Of a stretch of DNA of 64,000 bases, positions 28,711 through 41,970 are shown in pieces. The DNA is taken from assembly GCA_964304625.1 (NCBI GenBank), contig OZ199840.1, forward strand, positions 1,256,733-1,320,732, given 5' to 3'. The notes below the pieces were generated by a model that had not been told where the DNA came from, did not search any database, and worked only from the letters and a program-made list of their open reading frames with translations. Position 1 is the first letter of the stretch. The number at the start of each line of letters is the position of its first letter. Source of the DNA: Kudoa neothunni (taxonomy: Eukaryota > Animalia > Cnidaria). Position numbers and translations under genes: made by a program.

Positions 28711-31296
28711 TCATAATTCGTCATGGTAGACATTTTCATCAAGTTTTGGAGTTGGGACTTGGTAGCATGCAGCTACAGTCTCCAGCTGAACTGTATAATG
28801 GCAAAAAGGATTCTCTTCGACCGAAATCACTTTGTTTTGTTTTCCGCACTTGAGGAGGATGTTAGATTCACGTTCCTTGTTGTTATAGCAAGTATCGCCG
28901 CGACTAAAATGCATCGTTTTATATGAGGATGTGTCGTCCTGATGGATCCATTTTTCCCAATACCTATAAAAATACTCACTTCATAGCAACATATTAGCAT
29001 ATTTTACCCTATTGTAGTATTTTTATTGGTAGCTATTTGTTTGATGTATTTGAAAGGACACACTTCATACGTATAAGCACTAACCAAATAAGACAGATTA
29101 ATAAAAAACAATTTTTGAGCAAATAACCTGTCAGTATCGTTGAAAAGAAAGCAATCGTGGAAAAGCAACGAAAAGACACGTTTAGGTCCAAAATCGATAT
29201 TTTCGAATGATTTCAAAATCTCAATGTGTTTGTTGATATGTTCGATTTGTTGGTTGAGTTTAGAAAATTCGGAATCAATTATTTTGAATTCTAAATTTCA
29301 ACCAAATTCAAATATTTGCTCAATTGACTAATGCAACCTTCTTCCTTTTTAATAATTTCTGCCGGGAAATCTACTTGAAAAACCTTTGAACCTAATATAT
29401 GATAGGAAATAAAGATTTTGAATTCCACTCTCGAAAATTACTGATATCTTTAAGCAGTGATGAAACATTTTTCCACGTTTCATAAGGAATAACAATATTT
29501 TCTTCGGTTGGTGGTTGATCGCTGCTTTGATCTTTGGCTTCATTAGTCTCAAAAGGAGAGTCCCATCCAGGAAAATGGGGTTTGGTCTGAGAGTCAGGTT
29601 CGGCTAGTTTTTCCTCATCTTTAACCGGGTTAACGTCTTCCTGTTCTTCTTCATATTTGTCACTATCATCATCATACAAATTTGATTCTTCATCACTAGT
29701 ATTATAATTTCGTTGTTCATCTTCCAACAAACTGGGATATATGTCGACGAACTATAACAATAAAAATGATTTAACCTCTTAAATTTTAAAATGGATTAAC
29801 GATGCACATACCAGTGGTTTAAACTGATCAATAAATGTTTGATTTTGCGTCATGCGACGAATGAGATCATCTTTTTGCAAAATTTCTACATCCAATCTCT
29901 TCAAAAGATAATAGAATTCTCCTCTGTCCAATCTATACAACAATTGAGTTGTATAACATGACACCCATCTTACATGGAATCATTATTTTTATCCAAATAT
30001 GAATATATTTCGTTAATAATCGTAGTGTAATAGTTGTTCTTTTTCTCCTCAAGTTCTTCTAACATTGAGGTGAATTAACATTGACACACTCAAATTATAC
30101 GTTGATGTTTTTCAGTGTAATCAGTTTTCATCACAGAAAACATATTGCTAGCTTGTTGTCTAAGATTGGCGAGCTCTGAATATTTGGTCTCATATTGGTT
30201 TTTTTCTTCTGTGTGAGTATTAATTTGGTCCTAGTGTGATAGTGTTACTTTGACAATTTGTACACGCACAAGCTTTACATGATAGTATTGTGGGGAGTAT
30301 TTTTCCGAGTTCAAATATTCATTACATTCATGTTTAGCCTAGTATATTTATAGAAGCTTGTATTTTCGATTTGAAAAATAAAATAATAAGTGCTCCCATT
30401 ATCGCTTCTACTTTTTAAAAATAGTTTAGTAATGTTTATTTATCCCCCCCCCCTAAATTTAATCCTTTATGTGTTTATGTGTCTGTGTAGTTACGATTAT
30501 AGTTTATTATTACTTTTGAATAAAAACGTAATGATATCATAGGTATAATTAATTATAGTAGCTTATGAAAAATCAAGTATATTAATAATATATAATTGTT
30601 TTCCCGCCAATCTATAAGTTGAATTTATATCTTATAAATATATGCATTGAATTATTATTTATATATTTTTCGAACCAATCGACATTCCAATAATGAATAA
30701 TATACATGCTCAATTTTATCAAACTCATCCTTCAATTTTTGAAATTCTCCTTCAAACAACATTCTGCATCATTGAAAAATACAGATTAAATAAAATAAAT
30801 CAAGCTTCTACTTGCAATTGTTTGGACAATAACCTTCCGCCTCATCTGAACCATCACAACAATCTTAAAGAAATAAAAAAAAATTAATACAAAAGTTGAT
30901 ACCACAAATTCTATCATCAACTCTGGATGAAGGTATCATTTTGGAACGATAGTACGCATTTCTACAACAAAAAATCCCATCTTTACATGCAGAAGTGCCT
31001 AGAAAACAACTATTTTTTCGCTTAAAAAATATCTTAATCACCTGGGCTCGTCACTTCCGTCAGTACAATCACAATAGTTATCATTAACTTGATTAGCCTT
31101 AATTATTTTCGACCCATTGAAACATCTAAATTCGGATTCTGAATGTTGGTACAATGGTTTCACTAGAAATGAAAAAACTCGGATTCATATCAGCCAAAGA
31201 ATCGCCACTTTAATTACTGCTTTTACATATCCCACGAAGATTAACAGCACATTCTGTGCACACCAAAATACCCAATAATAAACCAACAAACATCAT
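28711..31296 (-). CDS. PRKCSH: Glucosidase II beta subunit, multi-exon
   Basis: Signal peptide [40 protein letters not shown], acidic middle region, MRH domain ([22 protein letters not shown]) and C-terminal HDEL. Confidence 0.92.
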
Positions 31297-32533
31297 TTTA
31301 ATTATTTCGACGCGTGCGCAAGGAAATGCTTACTCAGTTAATTTATCGAAAAATTCTATTACCAAACAACCAAGCATAAAAACGGTAATTTATGTTAAAC
31401 TGATACATCATTTTGGAGAAACTAATACATTATACGAATAATATATTTTATATTACATTTATTCTTTCGCATCAGTTTATTAATAGTACTACAGATTGAC
31501 AATAATAATAATAATAACAATGATAATAATTAGGGTAAACCTACGAGATATCGCTTATTAGCATGGATTACGATGATTAAATTTAGTTATCGGAGAACGA
31601 AATGAATATTGGTTGGTTTAAAAATATGTTTTGTCTTTATTAAATTATATGTACTGGATTTTTTTCACGGTTTTAATAAATTATAATATATTAATTTGAA
31701 TGAATGAAAAAAATAGGATTGTATTAGTACACATTTTGTGGTAGTACGCATGCGTGTACACTCAGAATTTTCATTTTTGTTGTCTTGGTAAATTTTGTTT
31801 ATGTTGATAAACAAAATAAAGTCATAAACTCTTATTTTAATTATTACAGAAAAATAAATAATATTTTTGCAGAATTTGTTATATTAAATATTTATGACTT
31901 CTAACAACAAAGCGCCGGGGTAGAAATAATTAAAAATGGACACTTTCTCTTCCAAAATTACTCGTAGCCAATTTAAATGGCACTTAATTTACCCCCTTCC
32001 ATCTAAAAGTTTAATTCCAAAATTTTGATTCTAAAATTTGCTGAAATAATTCTCTTAGCTTAGTGTGTCAGAAATCTTTTTAATTTTTTACTAGAAGACA
32101 CTTGTTGTTCGTTACTGTTACCCTAGTCTAATATATTATTTAATAATTAAACATTTAGGAAGAATTATTGCTCATTTTCAATATTTTAGTTATATGCGCA
32201 CAAATACTAAAATTTTCATGAAATCGATTATTTATAAACGCATGATAAAATCGCTTGACTAAGTGACGAAATAGCTTGCTGTTGGAACCATACAATAAAG
32301 CTTAGTTAACTAAATAAATAATATGTAGTTTGATAGATTTAATCTCAACTTGACTTGGGGGAAAGTGAATCTATTTGTTATGAATTCAAATTGGTGTTTA
32401 AATAGGAACAAGAGCAACAGCGAATTCCGAAAAATATAGTTATATGTTGAGAATAATAAATGCTTATGTGGTAATTTCAAATAGAAAACTCCATCAAAAT
32501 TTTCATTTATAAATGCCACAAGAGGGAAAATGG

Positions 32534-32594
32534 CATTGAATTCGGCACAAGTTGTTCTTCAAGCGAAGTTCACAACAAGGCTTCATGATAAATG
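32534..32594 (-). promoter_or_regulatory. Type II SECIS element in SPS2 3' UTR
   Basis: Minus strand reads CAUU-UAUC-AUGAA-GCCUUGUUGU-GAA-CUUC-GCUU-GAAG-A-ACAACUUGUGC-CGAA-UUC-AAUG: helix I, AUGA/GA core, helix II, apical AA and a mini-stem. Confidence 0.8.
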
Positions 32595-32619
32595 TGAAAT
32601 TTTGAGATGTTATTTATTT

Positions 32620-33882
32620 TCATATATCAAGGACAGTAACGTCGTCAATAATTCGAACAGTTCTATAACCCGAAACCACTTTTCCAATGATCCATGAAGG
32701 CGTTTCATAATCTTGTTGAAGCTGATCGACAAAGTGTTGAGCGTTTTCTTGAGGAAGGCAAATCAGCAATCCACCTACAAACCAAACTTAAATGGAACTT
32801 CACATGGATAGAAACTTACCTGATGTTTCTGAAGAAGTTCCACCAAGTAGATTAAACTTGTCACTTGTCAAATTTTCAATCTGAGCAGTGTATTTGATAC
32901 AAGGAAGGGTGTGTATGATGAAATCGACGTCATTTTTCTGGTTGGAAACTAAATTTCGAGCATGACCTAACAACCCAAATCCTGTAACATCGGTGCATGC
33001 AGTTGCTTTATAGGTGTGCATTAGAGTGGCGGCATTCAAATTCAATTCAGCCATTTGTTTCACAGCTTGATCGTACATGGATTCGATTTGAGACACAGTG
33101 AAATGATCTTTGATAAGACTCCACGATGGTGTATTTTGATCTATCCATTGATGAGCGTTAGCTACAACTTGTGTTCCCAACGGTTTGGTAAGTATAATAA
33201 CATCTCCAGCTTTGGCATTACACGGCTCAATTATATCTCGTTTGCACACCACTGTAGTAGCAACACCGCCAATCATAATCCATGGATTTTTCACAGTCTG
33301 ACCGCCGTTGACTGTGGTTTTCGCTCCATAAACCGCCAAATCAACGAAACCACGCATCATTTCTGTAGTCACCACCTACAGTATTAGGTGAGGTTTGTTA
33401 TTGGCCTATCAAAAACAATTCTCACAGTTCTTTCTTTTTCGTCCAAATCTGTACTCACACCAAGCATCATCAGCATATTATCACAATTGGTGACGCCCAT
33501 TGCGTAAAGATCACTCAACACATTAGCACACGCTATCTTCCCCATCAAATACGGATGGTCTATGAGTGGATAGAAAAAGTCAACAGTTTGAACGACAAAG
33601 ATGTCAGGAAATTTAGTAGGTAAAACACATGCATCCAACCCAATACCAAGGTAACCTTTTAACAAAGTGAATCAACACTGGTTAACTAGAAATCAGCCTA
33701 CAATTTTCTGTTGATGACGAACCCTGTGGTGATATTTCCCTCTTATAACCATAGGGTTTAATCACCTCAAGCATTGCATTCAGCTCCGCTTGAGGCACCT
33801 TACAACCTCATCCTTTCAGTTTAGTGAATTTAGTTAGGCGGAATGTTTTTGATAAACCGTGCAACTCGGGGATAAACTTCAT
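32620..33882 (-). CDS. SEPHS2: Selenophosphate synthetase 2 (selenoprotein; Sec at codon 25, TGA 33808-33810)
   Basis: [31 protein letters not shown], then [41 protein letters not shown] and ETSGGLL. Three short GT-AG introns, with a SECIS downstream. Confidence 0.95.
33764..33796 (-). promoter_or_regulatory. Putative Sec redefinition element (SRE) hairpin
   Basis: GCCUCAAGCG pairs with UGCUUGAGGU (8 Watson-Crick plus 2 GU pairs), starting 11 nt 3' of the UGA. Confidence 0.6.
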
Positions 33883-33940
33883 CGTTAATTTATAAAGAAA
33901 TGTGCAAATCCCCAACGAAGCCACCTTTGTTTACACAACC

Positions 33941-33950
33941 GTCACGTGAC
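33941..33950. promoter_or_regulatory. GTCACGTGAC E-box (USF/MITF-TFE CLEAR-like) upstream of SPS2
   Basis: Perfect 10-bp palindrome about 60 nt upstream of the ATG. Confidence 0.45.
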
Positions 33951-34789
33951 CAACACACATGTTTTATTTCTTCCACAGCTTTAACTCGTCCTTATATATT
34001 TGTACACTGAGATGTAACTTTAAATATTATATTATTTTTATCTTTTCATTGTTCTAATAATCCTATGGAATGATTAGAAACTGATTAATAAGTGGCAATT
34101 ATAAGGCTTGTAACGCCTAATAAACATCTTTTTGCAAATATTTTATTTCGATTCTTTTTAATAAAATTAATAAATATGGGGTTCAAAAATTCAGCTTCAA
34201 GAACTATATTCCAAATCTAAAGAAAATCACAATTCGAGCAAAATCGCTCCCACGTGCAAATTCTCATTTGTTTACAAAAACTTTCATATGTACTTATTCT
34301 TCGCATACTTTAACGCAATAATTACTTATAATCACTTAAATTATTTTAAATAATAATTATTTCAATGAAAAATGATTTTGAGTGCCCCTTTATAATGTTA
34401 CATTTTACAAGCTGAACAAATCAATTTATTAGAATCTTAATATACATATATAAATGTAAATATGTCTAATTTTTGTATGTAAAAATAATTTTTTTAGTTT
34501 ATAAATTTTTATGATTGATTTATATTCAGTAGATAAAATTTCAAGGCTGAATTCATGTAAAAATGTGAATGTGGAAAATTTTATTATTGTTTAATTTTTA
34601 ACGTTTGAGATTAAATGTGTGTATTAATTTAAAAAAAATTCTAAACTCTTGTATTTGTTAAAAAATGAAAGATAAGGTAGTGAGATTATAAAAAAATAAA
34701 ATAAGTGATTTTTGAGTTTTTGCGAATAAATCAACTAAAGATTAAAGGTATTCGAAACAATTTTTATGACTTTATTTGAGAAAGTTCAA

Positions 34790-36200
34790 AAGCATTTTAA
34801 ATAAGTTTTTTTAATAATGGAAGATACAAAAATGCCATTTTTCGTTGGAAATATTAACTCTCTAATAAAATTAGGGTAAATTTTTATCCCAACAAGAGGT
34901 TGTTGTTCGTTGATGTGATTTGTTTTCTCATCATAAGACACATTTTTTTCTAATCTTCCAAAAAGATAAGAAATATATGGTTTTAAAATATTATGACTAA
35001 AAATATAAAATCCAAAAAATTTTAACATATTTACACCCCAGGAATTTTGTGGCAAAAAATTAGCCCAATTTTTCCTTGAATTGATAAATAAAACTTTACT
35101 CATTGCATTTGTCAAATTTGAAGTTTATCGTATGGATAGACTTGAAGTTATACAGTTATTACCTCTACGCAAGACCACGTGACTTTCCATTTTAATTTCA
35201 TCGTTTCGACAATAGAAATAAATTCAACTAATATTGGTTATAAAAATGATTTAAATTACTTTAAAGTAATTATGAATACTTTAAGATTGATATGCGAGAA
35301 GAATCTGACGAGATTGAAAATTTTGATAATATGGTTCGGAGAAAGTTTTTGAAAATGATGGCAAAGTTACTATATGAATTATTATTGGGATGAAATATCC
35401 GTAAAGTCCCCATTCCTAAATGATCTTGCTTATCTGATTCTCTACAATCCAGAAAGCAAAATTCACGAATAAGATTCTTAAGGTGTGAATTTGTTTCACC
35501 GAAAATTGGTTAGGGAATCATTACTGTTTGGTTCTGATGTACGAAACACTGCTGGAAAATTCATTCTACTAGTGGTTACCAAGCTTGTTCTCATGAAATG
35601 TTCTATTTTTTTGAAAACAATGATTCAAATATTTATTACATGATATAAATGTGAAAAATACTACAAAATTAAGCTTGGTTGAAAACTGACATGTCGTATT
35701 TTAACAAATACAATTTTCGTAAGATTATGAGGATTACTGCTAGGAATGTTAGTTGTTTACAGCTGAATCTATCTTTTGGATTTTTCCGTTTTATATTTTC
35801 TGAAATAAAATATTGTTAAAATTTTTTCGCCACATTATTCCTATCCATTTTTAGAAATATCCCTGTCACTGATCACTGAATTTAAAAGGAAAATTACACG
35901 GATATCACTTATTCTTTGGGACAATCAAAAAAATTATTCATTTATCACTCACAGATATCTAGAATCAGATTAAGGTTCATCATTAAATTATTAGAAATGA
36001 ATAATATTTGATATCTTTCTTTTATAAGGCATCAACAGCATTTTTGTGCCCTTCTCTTATAATTTATAGAATAATCCTCAATTTTATAACCAAACTAAGT
36101 TATTTGCTTCTAAAAATTTTTCAGAATAATATATATAATTAACTTGAGGATACTTATTCATTTTTATATTTTAATTATATTTTAACTAAATATCTATTTA
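34790..36200 (-). mobile_element. Highly decayed DNA transposon remnant, possibly piggyBac
   Basis: Carries the shared subterminal GGGTAAATTTTTATCCCA motif at about 34873 and broken frames resembling a Cys-rich C-terminus (RKKCV...RTTTSC). Confidence 0.3.
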
Positions 36201-37099
36201 TATTTAAATAAACGTAATTTATTTAAATTCAAAATATACTAACATACTTGAAAACGCATAAAGGCAAAACTATAAATAAAAATATTCTTTTTACAATTCA
36301 TTATTTAAATATAATTAGTTTAAAATGTATCCATTATGAAAGAACTAAACATCTCATCACCGACTACCAGGAGAAGTTGTTATTTCGCGCTAGTTTTAAT
36401 AGCTATTTTTATTACTATATATGTGCGTTAATAATTGCGTAAAACCGAGTGAACCCAATTTTAAACACTTTTTTCTATCCCCCGATAATTGTGTTAAACG
36501 TTTTAACTACTATATATATACATATATATTTGATCCACATGAATTATAATCACGTTTTTTAGCATAAATTTAATAATCCATCTCTTGGGCATTCCCAAAA
36601 ATTTACAAAAATAATAATTTCCCCGAAATAGTCCATTCAAAAACACTTCAAGGTTGGTTGTTTTAATTTTTAAACTAATTCATGTGTGTCAATCTTTCCG
36701 ATTTACTTTGACTATCGTCCACTAGATCTCTTTATGTATGAATAAAACTTACGCCTACTTTAGAATCGAGATATTGATTGCATCAGTTCACATTCGTAAG
36801 AATGCGGATTATTTAATTTAGCCAAAATTTTATATTTGATATTATTAACTAATCTTTAACACGATAAATAAATAAGGTTTAAAAATATAACAAATTGTTG
36901 ATTTCTCTAATAGCAAGCTAAAAATTCACTTAATTCACTAGACACAACCACCACTCGGTAAATTAAGATAAGAGTAGTTTCTTAAATTATTTAAGGTCTC
37001 AATTAAAGTGTAACACTTCGTTTGACTCTATTCTAGTAATAAAGTAAGGTGAGACGTGAGTTTAAGATTAGTTTGCTAACACTCGCGCACACTCAAGTC

Positions 37100-37920
37100 A
37101 TGAACCCTCACCATGATCCACAGAAAGCAGAAGAGGCACGTTTACAGTGAGTTAAAATTCGTCTTTTGTTATTTTATATACTTGCTTGAATTATAAACGT
37201 ATTACAACCTATTTTTGCAAATTTATTTATATCAGCCGTTTCGTACTGTCTAATTACGTTTCTTAACGATGATTACGTGTAAAATTTTTAAAACAATGTA
37301 TGATAACAGATAATTAGTTTAAATGTCATTAATTCAATTCATTTACTAAACTGAAACAATAACGTTATTGTGAAGTTTGTTTGTGTTGTTGTGCACTTAT
37401 TGTTCTGCTTTAAATATCAACTAATCACTAATTAGCATATTAGATTACAAAAAATAATGAATTCTCTATTACAAAAGTTATGATTATATATTTAGAGAGA
37501 TGGAAATGCGCAGAAACGCCCTCTCTCAAATTCTCGAACAGGATGCTCGTGCTCGACGTATATTTTTCATTTCACCAAGGTTGTCATTGTTATATTTTGT
37601 TAATGGAAACGATTAGTTTCGAATATTGCCATGGTGAAACCTGAGAAAGCACGGCAAATTGAGAATGGATTAATTTCTATGGCACGATCTGGACAATTAA
37701 CATCTAAAGCAACTTTTGCGATTTCACTGTTGTGATTCAAATGTTTTAGGTGAATGAGGAGATTTTGGTGAATATTATCGAACGTTTTAACAGTGAAACA
37801 AGCGCCGAAAAAAGACCCATCGTCGTAAAAAATTGGAAGCCAATTAATAAACTAATTTAAATAATTAAGATCAATAGAAGGAGATATAAGATCGACGACG
37901 ATGACGAGGACGAAGAATAG
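37100..37920 (+). CDS. PDCD5: Programmed cell death protein 5, 5 exons
   Basis: EMRRNALSQILEQDARAR|LSNIAMVKPEKARQIENGLISMARSGQLTSK|VNEEILVNII...INRRRYKIDDDDEDEE*. Not in the ORF track. Confidence 0.9.
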
Positions 37921-38449
37921 CTTTCCTTCTTTTTATGATTGTCTCAAGCTCTCTAAAAAATTTTATATAAATAGATTTCACTCATGTTTGTGTGTTTGCT
38001 TACGTTCCTTCTGTCTGCGTATATTTTGTTTTTCATCCTGTCAGGCGGTGTGTTTTGATTGAATGTGGTGATTTTTTTACTGAGTATAATAACATAATCA
38101 GGTTGTTCGTATCTGATAAAGTCGTCATGTTTTTCGCGTACAATATTTGCTTGGGATTTGATAGCCTAATTGTATAATTATAAACGTGGATTTTCATTTA
38201 ATCTGCTTGTCGTTAAGCGGCCATATTATTAGTTAAATAAATCATAAGCGCAAGCGAATATATCGTATTTAAGCTATTAAATATTTACTATACATATATA
38301 TTTAGATTTTGATAAGTTTGGAATAGCGATTGTATTAACGTAGCCTTATTCACAAGCTTCGATATTATTTTACCGTTAAATAAGACATTGTTGTCGTTGT
38401 TATAGTTATTAAATGGTAATTGCAATTTAATTAATTTTAGTAATTGATT

Positions 38450-39615
38450 TTATTGTTCAAATTCAATACACAGTTTATGAATGACTTCCAATTGTGCTAC
38501 CAAACAAAGCATTAATCTTCTAAACTTTACATTTATAAGAAGCAATTAAATCATAGTGTGATGTTGGGTGTTTAAAACTAGGAATTTTACATCAAGAGTT
38601 GTAAATTTGGATTTAAATATATCATGAAAATCGTATTAATTTCTGAAAAATTTAACGTAAAATAGCGCACGAATTTGTATTGTCTAAAAATTACTTGGAC
38701 AAGTTTCCAGCCGTCGCCAATAGTAGCTAGAGTTGAAGCGATTTCTGCATGGTTAAGATTCATCACTCTGTAAATGACTCGGTGTTCCTATACGCAAAAA
38801 AGATTAGGAACAGAACAAATATATGTAGATAATAAAGCTATTTTTGTGGTAATATAAAATTGGCTAACTTTAACAAAATTACAACTGGAAGGTTCAATTA
38901 AAAGAGTTATAAGAATCTAATAAATTTAATCTAGTTATCGTAATATAGACCAGAATAAATTATGGTTGGCCATTAGATGGAAACATGACTGAAAATAGGA
39001 ACAATTTTATTAGAGATCCTAGAAATAACTTCTTTAATAAAAATGACAAAAGCCCATATGCCATTTAAGTTATGACTTAGATGGCCAATATTCACCCTTA
39101 AAACAAACGTTTCCAGCCTTAAAATTATCAAATGAGAGTTATTTATCTTTAATGATGTTTAAAAACTACAAAGAGAGAAATTACATGAGTGGGGTTGCGC
39201 ATTCTTGATGGGATGAGTTCTTTGAGAGCATCAATGCGAAAATAGTCAGCTTCCAGAATAATGGCTAAATCACATAATTAAGTCGGTGGCACCATATCCA
39301 CAACAAATACCCTCCAGATCCAGTACATCATCAACAAACAACTCGTTGGTTCTCATATAATAAAGTACATGCCTAAAAATGACTCCGTCTCTATCGAAAA
39401 AAAATTCTTCATGTACATTTCCTCCATTAGCCTAAATAAAAAAGGAGTCGAATTCCAATTGTTCTTACAATGAGATCACCACATTAAAAATATACACTGC
39501 GATTATCAATCACTTCTTTGATCAGACTATTGGGGAATTTGCTTATTGTTCGATAAGTGGTTTTGTAAGACGCACCCCCGACGTTGAGAGTTATCACATC
39601 ATTCACTTTTGGCAT
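38450..39615 (-). CDS. KCTD5/2/17-like BTB (T1) protein; 3' end unresolved
   Basis: MPKVNDVITLNVGGASYKTTYRTISKFPNSLI...EEFFFDRDGVIFRHVLYYMRTNELFVDD...IILEADYFRIDALKELI...|EHRVIYRVM...LATIGDGWKLVQ. Not in the ORF track. Confidence 0.8.
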
Positions 39616-41022
39616 TTTGTTAGATTTAATACAAATGTTATTGTTAACGAAGATATTTAGATATGATTATAGTGGTATTGGGAATAGTAAGTACACCTCA
39701 GAATCGATAATAATGCAATATATATACCGATTATATTTTTTATCAATTATACATAACTAATATAACTCTTTATTTTAAATCCGACAGACTTTTCTTGTTT
39801 AAGTATACTAATAAGTATAATTGGCTATATTTTATCGTTAACGCGATTATACATGTTATCTAACGTTAGAACATGACTTGAACTGGTCATGAATATAGGG
39901 TGCTTCAAGCACATTTCTATTTGGTTAAAGTGCATTTAATTGAATGAAGTTGGTTAACCCCAAAACCATATTATTTTTATCTATCTATTTATATATTAAT
40001 GGTATTAGCATTGAATCTTTGATGATAATCGCTTTCGGAAATATTTTCTATTCAACAATTTATGTTAAACCTTCCCCCAATTGCCGTTTCCCTTAATTCA
40101 AAGCACGCATTTTTTCATTAACCCAAAACTCTCATATACTTTGAGAAATCGACATCTTTATTATTCTAGTCATAATATAACAATAATATTAATTTCGATA
40201 ACACAAATTTGTCGCTTTTTAAGTCGTGATTTCATTATTTATCAAATATTTTTTACGCACATTAGTTAGAATAAAAAAAGCTTTATTCCGATAAAACTGA
40301 GTTGATATTGTCGAAAGTTTATCCGACATCGTTATACTAATTCGACATAGTAGAGTTCTGTTGATTAATCGGAGTTTACCATGTATCGAGTGTATTTAAC
40401 GATCTTAACAATTTATATAGAAAATGGCTATTTGATTGGTAGATAATTTTCAGGTGTCATTAACACGAACTATACTTAATTATATCTAACTGTTAAGAGC
40501 GATGCGGTGGGCTAGAAATACTTAAATTTGAAAGATCCTACAAAATTATATTTTTATATAACTTGTAAATAAGAGACGCCGAGATAAAAAAATTGATATC
40601 GCGCACACATATTATTCATGCAAATAGCCACTGCTATTTATATACAGTAAAATCTCGACTTTTGGTCCCGAATACGGAATTGAGCTTGTCTGCCCAATAT
40701 CGAAGGTTTTTTTGCGCGTTCGCATTCATTTAATTATTATTATTATTTTAAGCATGATATTTATAATTATCCTACTTTCTCAAACAACAGAAACTTTTTA
40801 TACACGATTAAAATAATATACTATATATATACCTAATGTATTGCCAAATTTCAGGTATTATCCTATAAGCGTTCTTGCATGAATGAAATGAGTTAAAGTT
40901 GATTGGTTATTAGAAGCGAAATATACAATTTTTTAAAGTCATCTAGGGATGTATTATACCCCCCATACCTTAGAGGGACCAAATAATTATTTTTGCGATT
41001 TAATAATCTTTATCTCATATAC

Positions 41023-41448
41023 CAATGGTTCTCAAAATGGGTTCCGCGGAACCTTTAGGTTCTATGAACCAGGGGCAAAGATTCCACAAAGCTGAAATGA
41101 AAAGCAACATATAATCATAACATAAGGAATTGATGCATATAGTGTCTTAGGACGCCGATGAGTTTTCGTCGATTAGCTACGCACCAACTTACGTGCATGA
41201 AGATTGTATTGCTTTGCTGTTAACAAAAATATTTTTCTTTTCCAAAAAATTACTTTAATTATTTTTATGTTCCTATAATTGATCGTTGATAAGAAAATAT
41301 AGGTGCAACATCATCTAAACAAGGCTGAAGTGGATTAACCCCAAAAAACACGGAATGCATCCCAATTTAATGAGTTTTTGAAGTTATTTTTTTATTATAA
41401 GAAGTATTAACAAAAGATTCCATTGCAAAAAAGGTTTGAGAATCACTA
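41023..41448. mobile_element. hAT MITE
   Basis: TIRs CAATGGTTCTCAAA / TTTGAGAATCACTA, with 8-bp TSD TCATATAC/TCATATAT. Confidence 0.78.
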
Positions 41449-41970
41449 TCATATATTAATTGGAGGCATTCTTTCCATATAGTATGCTTGGTTCAGATTC
41501 CATAACATACATACATACATACATCAAATTAGAATAATATTATGAATAACACCGTAATAAAATTGAAATATATTTTATTTGTTGGACTTCAGCTACAAAT
41601 AATTCATTTATCTCTCATTACTTAATGCACAAAATTTGAGTTATAAAATATTGGAATTAATGAACTTAAATTATTGATCGATCTTGTAAGACAATTTTAT
41701 TATAATCACTTGAAAATTTGTTGAGAAAAATTTAAAAATCGTATATGTTAGAATTTTTGTCTATAATACGATTAGAAGTCATGATATTAAAAATAATCTA
41801 TCTATAGTGATTTATTTTGGATGAAAAAACTAAATAATTATGTATAATCCTCTTAATTCACTTTTAACCGTTAGTTATCATGCACGACTTACATTAATGT
41901 CTTTTTAAATCACGATTGACGCAAACTTTTAGAAAACGCAAGTAATCCAGAGATAGTTAAGAGTTTAATG

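Noticed and set aside
38990-39420. Initially read as a MULE remnant
   Set aside because: Correct splicing gives a BTB domain (FFDRDG...EADYF), so it is a host gene and its intron.
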